Source of the DNA: Betaproteobacteria bacterium
Lineage (GTDB): Bacteria; Pseudomonadota; Gammaproteobacteria; Burkholderiales; Eutrophovitaceae
DNA: 64,000 nt
Assembly (NCBI GenBank): GCA_020346185.1
Contig: CP070775.1
Span: 2,950,302 to 3,014,301 of the forward strand
Direction of reading: 5' to 3'
Position numbers and translations under genes: made by a program. Below, one piece after another: positions 1-8,475 of this stretch (position 1 is its first letter; each line of letters begins with the position of its first letter). The notes beneath the pieces are model-generated. The model had not been told where the DNA came from. It saw only the letters and a program-made list of their open reading frames with translations, and did not search any database.

Positions 1-834
1 GTAACGGATGAACTTATCGAAGCGCTCTTGCTGCTGCAAGAAGTTATAGGAGGCTGGCTTGGTTGTTTCTTTCTTCAGCGTGAGGTGCATGCGCTCGTGA
101 GGGCCGTTTTGCTGTGGGTTGCCGGGCTTGATGCTCTGTAAGTCGATGCCCAGTCGTAGCCACCACGCGGCCAGGCGGGACAGGCCAAACAGTGCGTTGC
201 CCGACGCGAACGGCATGCGGATGGCCCGAGGCAGGCCGAAGTCTTTGAACGCGCGCTCGAACAAAGAGATTGCGAAGTCTGAGCGGGTGGACTTTACGCC
301 GTCACAGGTCAACAGGTAGCGAAACCGATAGTCGGTGATGGTCAGCGGATAGCAGTATTGTCTGTTGCCCAGCATGAAGTCGCCCTTGTAGTCGGCACAC
401 CACAGCCCGTTAGGTGCCTGAGCACCGCGCAACGCGATGCCCTGAGCCTTGTGGCGGCGCCGGCGTTGGCGCTTGATGAGGCCGTTGCGATCGAGCACGG
501 CATGCGCGGTGCTGATGGCAGGTGGTTTGCTCATGGGAAGCTCGCGGATGAGCTTGTCGCGGATCTTGGGCGCACCCCAAGCCGGGTGTTCGCGCTTAAT
601 GCCGATGATGCAGCGCTCGATCTGGAAGGGCAGCTTGTTGGTCTGTCGGTAGGGCCGGCAGCTTCGATCATAGAGCGCATCGAGGCCACAGTCCTTGTGG
701 CGGCTGCAGATCTTGTAGCCCGTGACGCGGGAGATACCGAATTCTCGGCACAGCGGGGCCATCGTCTCGCCTTCGAGTAGTCGGGCAATGAATCTGAGGC
801 GTTCGTCCATTCGCTTACACTCATTCCAGGGCAT
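1..834 (-). mobile_element. IS481-family transposase gene (HTH + rve/DDE core); C-terminus runs off the left window edge
   Basis: Absent from the ORF track because there is no stop inside the window. Manual translation from the ATG at 832-834 is open down to nt 1: MPWNECKRMDERLRFIARLLEGETMAPLCREFGISRVTGYKI...NGLWCADYKGDFMLGN...AAWWLRLGIDLQSIKPGNPQQNGPHERMHLTLKKE. This matches the MPW...-type IS481-family integrase-core transposases as I remember them. Confidence 0.8.
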
Positions 835-1175
835 CTGGGCTCTCCCCAAATGCTCAAATGTGTAAATCATGTGTCCGGAATCATCTGGGTGTAAGCTATC
901 TTTCGAGAAGGACATTCATGAGCGAGAGCCCACAGGCTAGTTTTCTATTGAGACGCCGTGTAGGCGAGCTAGTGGCTGTTGTTCACTGTTTTTCTTTAGC
1001 TGGCTTGCCTTTGCCGAAATTGAGCGAGTCGCGATTTGCACGTTGTATTTCTTTCAATGGCTGACCTTCATCTAGGAACTACACTACATTATTCGCGTTT
1101 AAACGCCGACAATGTCGCGATATGATGAGATTATCAAATGCTTCTTGTAAGCGAGCTTATTGAGGAGAGCGGGCC

Positions 1176-3305
1176 GTGACTAAGAACAAGGAACGAAAAG
1201 CCAAAACCGTTTCCCCGAGCAAAGCAAAGATGAAGATGCCTCACAAGTCCACGGCTAGCCCAAAGACCGACACATCGGACCTGCCGTTACAAATCCCACC
1301 TGAAGAACTGGCGCATTTGCTATTGAACTCCAGTGGAGAGGGCATCTATGGGATCGACACTAAGGGCGATGCAATTTTCGTGAATGCTGCGTGTGCGCGC
1401 ATCCTCGGCTTCGCGTCCGAGGACGAGCTAATGGGCAAGCACATGCATAACCTAATACACCATACGCGCCCGGATGGAAGCCCGTATCCGGCGGAGGAAT
1501 GCCAGATCTACCAGGCGCTTCGTGAGAAAAAGGGGACCCACGTCGACGACGAGGTCTTGTTCCGTGCCGACGGCACGAGTTTCCCCGCAGAATACTGGTC
1601 TTATCCGATGATCCGCGATGGCGAACTGGTTGGAGCGGTCATAACACTTATCGACATCACTGATCGGCTGCAGATGCACGAGGACATGATTGCAGCACGC
1701 AAACAGGCTGAAAGCGCGAACAAGGCCAAGAGCGCGTTTCTCGCAAACATGAGCCATGAACTAAGAACACCGATGAACGCCATCATCGGTTACTCGGAAA
1801 TGTTGGCGGAGGATGCCGAGGACGAAGGTCTTGACGATATGCTTCAAGACCTCAACAAGATAACGGCAGCCGGTAGACATCTTCTGTCTCTGATCAATGA
1901 CGTTCTCGACCTTTCAAAGATCGAAGCGGGGAAAATGGATCTGCACCTCGAGACCTTCTCGCTCATCGAGATGTTGGATGAGGTTTCGAGCACTGCCGCG
2001 AGCCTGCTCGAGAAAAATGACAACAAGCTCGTGTGTTCGGTATCTGAGGACGTCGGAGAGATGCACGCGGATATGACCAAAATCCGGCAGATTCTCTTCA
2101 ACCTGATCTCGAATGCTGCCAAATTCACCAAGGACGGAACGATCACCCTGCAAGGATCGCGTGAGTTACGCAACGGTTTGGAGTGGATCCGGTTCGTTGT
2201 CAGTGATACTGGCATTGGTATCCCCGACGACAAGATAGATCTCATCTTCAAGGAGTTCTCGCAAGCCGACGAAACCACGACCAGAGACTTCGGTGGTACC
2301 GGTCTCGGCTTGGCGCTAACCAGACGCTTCTGCGAGATGATGGGTGGCACAATCAGCGTGGAGAGCGAGCCAGGTGTTGGTTCGAGGTTCTTTGTTGAGG
2401 TGCCAGCGGTGGTCGAGAAAAAACTTGAGAATCTCGAGAAAGAAGCCGTCATCGAAGAACGTTCTGCGCATACAGAGGCTCTGGACGAAGCGTCCGCGGG
2501 TTCAGCCGCTGCCACATTCAAAGGCAAAGCTAACGACTTTGCAAAGACAATGGTCCTGGTGATTGACGACGAGGCGGATGCGCGCGACCTGCTTCGCCGC
2601 CACCTCGAGAGCGAGGGTTACGCAGTGGTTACTGCCCGCGACGGACACGAGGGACTCGCGGTGGCCGCCAGCTTACGTCCCAGCCTCATTACGCTTGACG
2701 CGATGATGCCGAGAATGGACGGCTGGGCCACGCTCAGGCAACTGAAGGCCAACCCCGAACTCAAACATATTCCTGTGGTCATGGTATCGATCGTAGGCGA
2801 CAAAACGATGAGCTATGCACTCGGCGCCGTCGAGGCGCTGCAAAAGCCGGTGAACCGTAAGCGTCTCGACGCTGTTGTCGCACGTTACGCGCAGAGCCCG
2901 GTGAAGACGGCGCTTGTTGTCGAGGATGATCCCGCTGCACGTTCCATCGTAAAACGCTACCTGGAGTCGGCGAATTGGCACGTCGAAGAGGCGCAAAATG
3001 GCGCGGTCGCCGCCGACAAAGCGAGCACGAGATCGTTCGGACTGATCCTCCTCGACCTGATGATGCCGGTCATGGATGGCTTCGAGTTTCTCCAGCAACT
3101 ACGCCAGGGTAATGGCCCGTCGGCAAAATCACCCGTCGTCGTGGTTACCGCCAAGGATCTCAGCGCTGAAGATCGCGAGCGTTTGTTACAAAGCGTCGAG
3201 CACGTTGTCTCGAAGAGTGGGCGTGACATTGAGGAAGTTATAACCGACGTGCGTAAATCTCTCACCACGATCGGTGTGGAGACCACAAGCGATGGCAATG
3301 CCTAA
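1176..3305 (+). CDS. PAS-domain hybrid sensor histidine kinase with two C-terminal receiver domains
   Basis: GTG start preceded by GAGGAG. PAS-like segment (LLNSSGEGIYGIDTKGDAIFVNAACARILGF...). H-box MSHELRTPMNAIIGYSEMLAED. HATPase N/G boxes (FNLISNAAKFT, DTGIGIP, GGTGLGLAL). Two REC domains (VLVIDDEADARDL...ITLDAMMPRMDG and ALVVEDDPAARSI...ILLDLMMPVMDG). Confidence 0.92.
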   Translation: MTKNKERKAKTVSPSKAKMKMPHKSTASPKTDTSDLPLQIPPEELAHLLLNSSGEGIYGIDTKGDAIFVNAACARILGFASEDELMGKHMHNLIHHTRPDGSPYPAEECQIYQALREKKGTHVDDEVLFRADGTSFPAEYWSYPMIRDGELVGAVITLIDITDRLQMHEDMIAARKQAESANKAKSAFLANMSHELRTPMNAIIGYSEMLAEDAEDEGLDDMLQDLNKITAAGRHLLSLINDVLDLSKIEAGKMDLHLETFSLIEMLDEVSSTAASLLEKNDNKLVCSVSEDVGEMHADMTKIRQILFNLISNAAKFTKDGTITLQGSRELRNGLEWIRFVVSDTGIGIPDDKIDLIFKEFSQADETTTRDFGGTGLGLALTRRFCEMMGGTISVESEPGVGSRFFVEVPAVVEKKLENLEKEAVIEERSAHTEALDEASAGSAAATFKGKANDFAKTMVLVIDDEADARDLLRRHLESEGYAVVTARDGHEGLAVAASLRPSLITLDAMMPRMDGWATLRQLKANPELKHIPVVMVSIVGDKTMSYALGAVEALQKPVNRKRLDAVVARYAQSPVKTALVVEDDPAARSIVKRYLESANWHVEEAQNGAVAADKASTRSFGLILLDLMMPVMDGFEFLQQLRQGNGPSAKSPVVVVTAKDLSAEDRERLLQSVEHVVSKSGRDIEEVITDVRKSLTTIGVETTSDGNA

Positions 3306-3353
3306 GCGCCCAGCACCTGACAATAGCAAACTATCAAAGCGAGACCGATAACA

Positions 3354-4361
3354 ATGACGCCGGAAGAGATTCTCGATGCGCTCCGCTCAGGTGGAGATCG
3401 ATGGCACGAGGTAAAAATATCCCAGGCCGACGCCGCGCTGAATCTGAAAGAGACTGATTTGAGCGAAGCCGATCTGAGTGGTCGGGATCTGTCTGATATC
3501 GACTTCTCCGGCGCCGATTTCTTTCGCGCAAGTCTTCGCGATACAAACCTTAAGGGCTCGTCGCTATCAGGGGCTGATCTCACAAACGCGAATCTCGCTG
3601 GCGCAGGCATGTACAAGAGCAACCTGCGCGATGCAGTCTTTCAAGAGGCCGATCTGAGTGGAGCCGATCTGTCGGAATGCAAATGTTCGGGCGTCGACTT
3701 CAAAGGTGCTGTCCTCCAAGGGACCAACCTGAGCGGCGCGGATCTTCGCGGCGCCAATCTGTCTCACGCTGACCTCCGCGGCGCACGGCTATGCGATGCC
3801 GACGTGACGCGAGCGGATTTCCGGTTCGCTCATCTCGACGGTGCTGACATGACCCGCGCACACTATGGCGGCTATAAGGCAATGACAGGCCGGTTCTACG
3901 GTGTACGAGGAATCGACAGCGCTTATGGCAATGCCCTCTTCGTGCGCGATGCCAAGGATCAGGATTACATCGACACGCTGTTCCAGACGATTCAGGAAAA
4001 ACCCGATGGCTGGGTAAAACGCCTCGACCGTTGGCTGTTTGCTGCATGGGCGCTGATCGATCACGGCCGCAGTCTGGCTAAAGTTAGCCTCTATGCCGGC
4101 ATCATCGCGAGCCTTTACGGCCTGATCTACACCTTTGACATGCGGATGGGCTGGGGCATGATGGACTATTCTAACTCGGCGCAGAGTTGGTTCACGCCTT
4201 TTTATTATTCGATGGTTACTTACACCACCCTCGGTTATGGTGACGTGACCGCGGAAAGCCTCGTGGGCGAAGTCCTGGTTATTAGCGAGGTAGTCATCGG
4301 CTACTTCACGCTCGGATTACTACTCTCAATATTGGCAAACACAATAGCCAGAAGAAGCTGA
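3354..4361 (+). CDS. Pentapeptide-repeat domain fused to a 2TM K+-channel-type pore (Ion_trans_2-like)
   Basis: The N-terminal ~170 aa are A(D/N)LSGADL-type pentapeptide repeats. The C-terminal part has hydrophobic helices flanking the selectivity-filter sequence TTLGYGD (nt 4224-4244). Confidence 0.85.
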   Translation: MTPEEILDALRSGGDRWHEVKISQADAALNLKETDLSEADLSGRDLSDIDFSGADFFRASLRDTNLKGSSLSGADLTNANLAGAGMYKSNLRDAVFQEADLSGADLSECKCSGVDFKGAVLQGTNLSGADLRGANLSHADLRGARLCDADVTRADFRFAHLDGADMTRAHYGGYKAMTGRFYGVRGIDSAYGNALFVRDAKDQDYIDTLFQTIQEKPDGWVKRLDRWLFAAWALIDHGRSLAKVSLYAGIIASLYGLIYTFDMRMGWGMMDYSNSAQSWFTPFYYSMVTYTTLGYGDVTAESLVGEVLVISEVVIGYFTLGLLLSILANTIARRS

Positions 4362-4368
4362 GATCGAC

Positions 4369-6375
4369 CTAGTTTCTCGGGTCGTCGAAACCGTTCTTCC
4401 AGTGTGTCCCGTCGCAAAACGGTTTGTTTGTCGAACCGCCGCAGCGGCATAGCGTATACCGGGCGCTTCCCGCCCCCTCGCACCACTCTTCCACATGAAG
4501 CGGAATATTCTGAACTTCGTAAGGCCCATTCTTGATAATACCGATGTTCGGTCGCTCGGGAGGAACGGGACCGAGTTTTCCATTGAACGTGTACCGAAGT
4601 GCTCCTGAAGGACAACTGGCGATCACCTCCATGAGTTCGTCCGGGCGGGCCCGGTCAGGTTGGATCCAGGGCTTTTCACCTTTCCGGAAAACTTTGGCCA
4701 TTCTCTCGGAGCATCGCTCGGCGGACGCACACTGCAACAGGTTGTAGTGCACAGTGATTTCAGATCCCACATAGTCTCTCACGCCATCAACCGTTCTGTT
4801 GGGGCTCCTCTCACTGGAAAAACCGATACGCGCATGGGTGCCGTCACAGAACGGTTTGTTCGCAGACGCTCCGCAGCGACACAAAGCCATCTCTGGATGC
4901 GTGGAAAGATTCTTTCCTTTCGAATTGGTTAGATGCTCGACATTTTTTGCCAGGTAAGGTCCGTCGCCGAGCGGCTTGACGCTGGTGCCTTGCCCGGCTT
5001 CGATCGATTTGAATTCCTTCTCCTCCGTTCGCGCACTCAAGCGCGGTTCGCGCAACGCGAAGCGCTCGCTGAGTTCCTGCAAGGCAGCTACCGCCTCCTC
5101 GACGTCCGCCGGAACATCCGGATTGGTCGCTATCAACTCGGTGCCGGTCCTCGCGACATTATGAAGCCGTTCAGCGAACACGATCCAGGCAGAGCGCTTG
5201 TGCGGTAACAGTTGTATTTCGCGCGTATAGCCAAAACCTGGCCCCGCCGCCATACCCGGGTATTCAGAGCCTGCGGGCAGCTTCGTCAACGCCTCGCCCA
5301 GGGGACGCAAGACTGATGTCATCAATAGCAGAGTTGCATCTGCAAGTTTCTTCAGTTCAGAGTCAGTTTCCTCAGTATGCGCAAAGAACCGAAGCAGCAT
5401 GAGCAGCATTGTTTCGTAGGCAACATTGAAAAGGTCCGCGACTTCATGCGTCACCGGGTCCGTAATCAACGTGCCACCGACGCTATCCTCGTAGTAGCGC
5501 GTCATCGGATTGGAAACGATCTTGCGCACCGGATCAAACATGCCGCCATTCGCCTCGGCCTCATGCGCGGCAGTTTCATATTCTCGGCGAATAGCGTCAA
5601 AGACCATGAAATGCGCATCCGGATGTAAAGCAGAAGGAGCCTCGCCTTGTTCGATAATCATTTCGATCGCGGCGATGGCAGAATCACGGTCGGTGACTTC
5701 GAGCAACGACTCCTCAAAATCAAGGTATCGCGCGTTCGCTTGGGCATCTCGGGGGCCAATAAAAAGCTCTTCCTCCGGAATGTTTCTGAAGCCTGTTTCT
5801 ATCTTGTGATAGAGCTCTCCGATAGTCGAAAAATCGATATCGTACGGTTCGAGGCCAAGGAGCGGCGCATTGGCGTACTTTTTCTTTTGTGTGGTATCTC
5901 CACGCGCAGCGATGCGAGCCGCGACGGCATTCATTTCTCTTTGTTGATCCGAGTCGAGAACACCCGGCTCGGGCATCTCGTAACCAATCAGTCGTTCTAT
6001 CGTTGCCAATGAAAACGGCTCGAGCGCGAGTTTTATCCCGAACGGAAACGCATCAGCAGCCATCGGAAAGTTGGCTCGCTTCAGATGCGGAGCTCCGCCG
6101 ATTGCTGTCAACAGATTGGCTACCTGCGCCAGGTGCAACATCTCCTCGCGCGACACCATAGACAGACGCTGCTTCCAGTTAAGCACCATCTTGAGTTGCT
6201 CGGGGGTGAGGCCGCCTTCGCCGATCTGGCTCTTCAACGAATGTGCAGCAAACAGATAGATGCATGATGCGCCGTGTTCGATCTCGGCCGCGCGCGACAG
6301 AAGATAGATCAGTTCTTCGCGCGTATTGACGGGAGCGATGTTCGACCTATCGATTGCGGCTGATTTTTTCTCCAT
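4369..6375 (-). CDS. Ferritin-like domain protein with C-terminal CDGSH / mono-cluster ferredoxin-like / CDGSH iron-sulfur modules
   Basis: 668 aa. The N-terminal ~440 aa are helical with a ferritin-like signature (AEIEHGASCIYLFAAHSL, EEMLHLAQVANLL). There are two CDGSH motifs (CRCGASANKPFCDGTH, CRCGGSTNKPFCDGTH) flanking a Cys-containing insert (LLQCASAERC...IASCPSGAL). SD GAGGGGTGGG lies before the ATG. Confidence 0.8.
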   Translation of the reverse strand: MEKKSAAIDRSNIAPVNTREELIYLLSRAAEIEHGASCIYLFAAHSLKSQIGEGGLTPEQLKMVLNWKQRLSMVSREEMLHLAQVANLLTAIGGAPHLKRANFPMAADAFPFGIKLALEPFSLATIERLIGYEMPEPGVLDSDQQREMNAVAARIAARGDTTQKKKYANAPLLGLEPYDIDFSTIGELYHKIETGFRNIPEEELFIGPRDAQANARYLDFEESLLEVTDRDSAIAAIEMIIEQGEAPSALHPDAHFMVFDAIRREYETAAHEAEANGGMFDPVRKIVSNPMTRYYEDSVGGTLITDPVTHEVADLFNVAYETMLLMLLRFFAHTEETDSELKKLADATLLLMTSVLRPLGEALTKLPAGSEYPGMAAGPGFGYTREIQLLPHKRSAWIVFAERLHNVARTGTELIATNPDVPADVEEAVAALQELSERFALREPRLSARTEEKEFKSIEAGQGTSVKPLGDGPYLAKNVEHLTNSKGKNLSTHPEMALCRCGASANKPFCDGTHARIGFSSERSPNRTVDGVRDYVGSEITVHYNLLQCASAERCSERMAKVFRKGEKPWIQPDRARPDELMEVIASCPSGALRYTFNGKLGPVPPERPNIGIIKNGPYEVQNIPLHVEEWCEGAGSARYTLCRCGGSTNKPFCDGTHWKNGFDDPRN

Positions 6376-6515
6376 TTCCCACCCCTCAAGGAAAACAACT
6401 GCATTGACAATGAATGAAGTATCTGCGCGAGAAGCACGCCTAATTCCTCGCAGTCTTATTATCGACCGACAAGCTCAACGGATGCCCGTACTCCACGCTG
6501 CACGTAAGCCCGCGT

Positions 6516-6884
6516 TTACTCTGTGTCGAGGAGCGCGTCGATTTTACCCAGCAACCTAGTGAAATCGACCGGCTTGGTGTCGTAGTCATCGCACCCGGCA
6601 CCGAGCGCTTTTTCCTTGTCGCCCGCCATTGCGTGTGCGGTTAGCGCTATTATGGGTATTCCCTTTGTCGTGGCAGTCTTCTTGATATTTGCCGCAGCCT
6701 CCCAACCATCCATTACGGGCAGGCTCATATCCAGCAAGATAATATCTGGAGCCTGTTCGCTGGCCATATCGACGCCCTGCTTCCCATCAAAAGCCATCAC
6801 GACCTCGAATCCCTTTTTCTTGAGCCGTCGCGATAGCATATCCCGGTTCATTTCGTTGTCTTCGACCAAAAGGACTTTCGCCAC
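6516..6884 (-). CDS. Stand-alone CheY-like response regulator receiver
   Basis: 122 aa, GTG start with AGGAG upstream. VLLVEDNEMNRDML...IILLDMSLPVMDG...ALTAHAMAGD...DYDTKP is a complete REC domain with no output domain. Confidence 0.92.
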   Translation of the reverse strand: MAKVLLVEDNEMNRDMLSRRLKKKGFEVVMAFDGKQGVDMASEQAPDIILLDMSLPVMDGWEAAANIKKTATTKGIPIIALTAHAMAGDKEKALGAGCDDYDTKPVDFTRLLGKIDALLDTE

Positions 6885-6956
6885 TTCAATTCTCCTGTCT
6901 TGTTATCATCGGCCACCATTCGTAGCGCGCCCTAGGGCCGGGCGCCTCAATGACTT

Positions 6957-8471
6957 TCAGCTGTCCGTGTTTCCCGCGGTTTGGGGTAAGGCTACCAGCT
7001 TCTTCTCGAGCAACTTCCTGAGGTGCATGTCGATCATCGTTTCGAATTCTTCCGCAGTGCCAAATGTGTGGAACGCGCCCGCGTACGAGCCGTCTTCATT
7101 GACCAGCCAGTGGTCAATGTAGCGCCGGAGTTTCTCGATCTGATCAAGGCGGTCTATTACCGTCGCCTTGTCCGCCAGCGAAATCGTGGGTGCCCCTTCC
7201 TTGCGATAAAGCAGGATCTCGGGTTTTCCGGTTTCCCGAAAACTGCGCATCGCGTCCTCAAACTCGAAAGCTGTACCAGAGTCATAGCGGCTTCCGTCCG
7301 GACGGCGAATAGACGCTGGCAATGGCGACCCGATTCGCGACCAGAGAATACCGACATAAACCTCGGTCTCGTGCGGTGGGTGGATCTGGGCCTGAAATGT
7401 CTCGGAAGCAAACATTGGCTCCTCCTCCCAAAGGATCGGGATAAGGTAGGCACGCCCGGAAAACTCTTCGTTGAGGCGACCGATTACTGCTTTCACGATT
7501 TGCCGCTCGGCAATTACGTCACCGGGGGACGATATGAATACTCTGAACTGCCGGGCAACATTGCGCCGCAGCCGGACCTTCTCCAGACAGGCGCTGATGC
7601 GAGCCTTGAGAAGAATAGGATTGAACGGCTTGAACACGTAATCCTCGGCACCATGCAGGATGCAGTCGACCATTGTGTCGATGTCATCGGCCGCCGAGAG
7701 CATGATCACCGGGATTGTTCGCAGCCTTGGCGATGCCTTGAGACGTTCAAGTGTTTCCAGTCCTGATAAACCGGGCATCATGAGGTCCAGCAGGATTAAA
7801 TCGAATCGTCGGTTCACAAGAATGGCGAGCGCCGCCTCGCCACTTTCGGCAACAGTCATGGCATAGCCGCTTCTTGTAAGCCGCCGTGCCAATAACTCGC
7901 GGTTTGCCGGGTCGTCGTCGACAACAAGAATTTCACCGCCTTGCCCGATCAACGATTCAAACTGCTCCCCTTGCAGTTTTGGACTTGCAGCAGATGCCGG
8001 CGCGTAGAAGGTGGTTACCTGTTTTCCCGAGATCGGTTCACCGTGCGCTTCGAGAAGCCTTGCACCGATTTCCTCGACGAGACCAAGCATGGTCTTGCTG
8101 GCGGCGGCGATGTGGCCAAGATCGCCAACCAGATCCTCGTTTCCGTTATCCAGTGCCTCTTCGCGCAGTATCTCGGCATATCCGGCAATATGGTTCAATT
8201 GCACCCGCATCTGGTACTGGGCATCCGAGACATTGATGTCATCCAAAGACTCCTTGGTCGCACTCAGATGATCATCGATCAATCCCAGTAACCTTTGGCC
8301 CGCAACCTGAATCGCCTGAAGATCACCGGTCAGGGTCTGGGTACTGGCTTCGTCGAGGTCCTCTTCCAGCATTTCTGCATAGCCGATGATGTGCCCGACT
8401 GGCGTGCGCAGGTCATGGCGAAGCGTCGACAGCCATTTTCCGAACCCGTCATTTGTCACTGCACCCGCCAT
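6957..8471 (-). CDS. Response regulator with two N-terminal ATPase-less DHp/HisKA-like modules, a REC domain and a C-terminal DUF4062 / nucleoside 2-deoxyribosyltransferase-like (TIR-related) output domain
   Basis: The track ORF 6957-8816 has an implausible N-terminal extension overlapping the upstream gene. I start at ATG 8471 (MAGAVTNDGF...), 4 nt after the upstream stop, giving 504 aa. DHp-like 1: LRHDLRTPVGHIIGYAEMLEED...DLQAIQVAGQRLLGLIDD. DHp-like 2: VQLNHIAGYAEILREEA...DLGHIAAASKTMLGLVEE. REC at aa 180-300 (ILVVDDDPANREL, LILLDLMMPGLSG, KPF). C-terminal domain aa ~309-425 begins RVFISSPGDVIAERQ and contains DSGTAFEFEDAMRSFRETGKP (nt 7257-7283 for DSGTAFEFE). Confidence 0.8.
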   Translation of the reverse strand: MAGAVTNDGFGKWLSTLRHDLRTPVGHIIGYAEMLEEDLDEASTQTLTGDLQAIQVAGQRLLGLIDDHLSATKESLDDINVSDAQYQMRVQLNHIAGYAEILREEALDNGNEDLVGDLGHIAAASKTMLGLVEEIGARLLEAHGEPISGKQVTTFYAPASAASPKLQGEQFESLIGQGGEILVVDDDPANRELLARRLTRSGYAMTVAESGEAALAILVNRRFDLILLDLMMPGLSGLETLERLKASPRLRTIPVIMLSAADDIDTMVDCILHGAEDYVFKPFNPILLKARISACLEKVRLRRNVARQFRVFISSPGDVIAERQIVKAVIGRLNEEFSGRAYLIPILWEEEPMFASETFQAQIHPPHETEVYVGILWSRIGSPLPASIRRPDGSRYDSGTAFEFEDAMRSFRETGKPEILLYRKEGAPTISLADKATVIDRLDQIEKLRRYIDHWLVNEDGSYAGAFHTFGTAEEFETMIDMHLRKLLEKKLVALPQTAGNTDS

Positions 8472-8475
8472 GAGT

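Noticed and set aside
3430-3870. Repetitive DNA that at first glance looks like a tandem repeat array.
   Set aside because: The periodicity is 15 nt and it is the coding sequence of the pentapeptide repeats, with no spacer/repeat organisation. No CRISPR-like array exists anywhere in the window.
6927-6945. GC-rich hairpin (GCGCCC-N7-GGGCGC) between the REC-NDT-like gene and the CheY gene.
   Set aside because: It has a 6-bp stem without a U-tract on the transcribed (minus) strand. It could be an mRNA-processing or stability element, but there is not enough evidence to call it a terminator.
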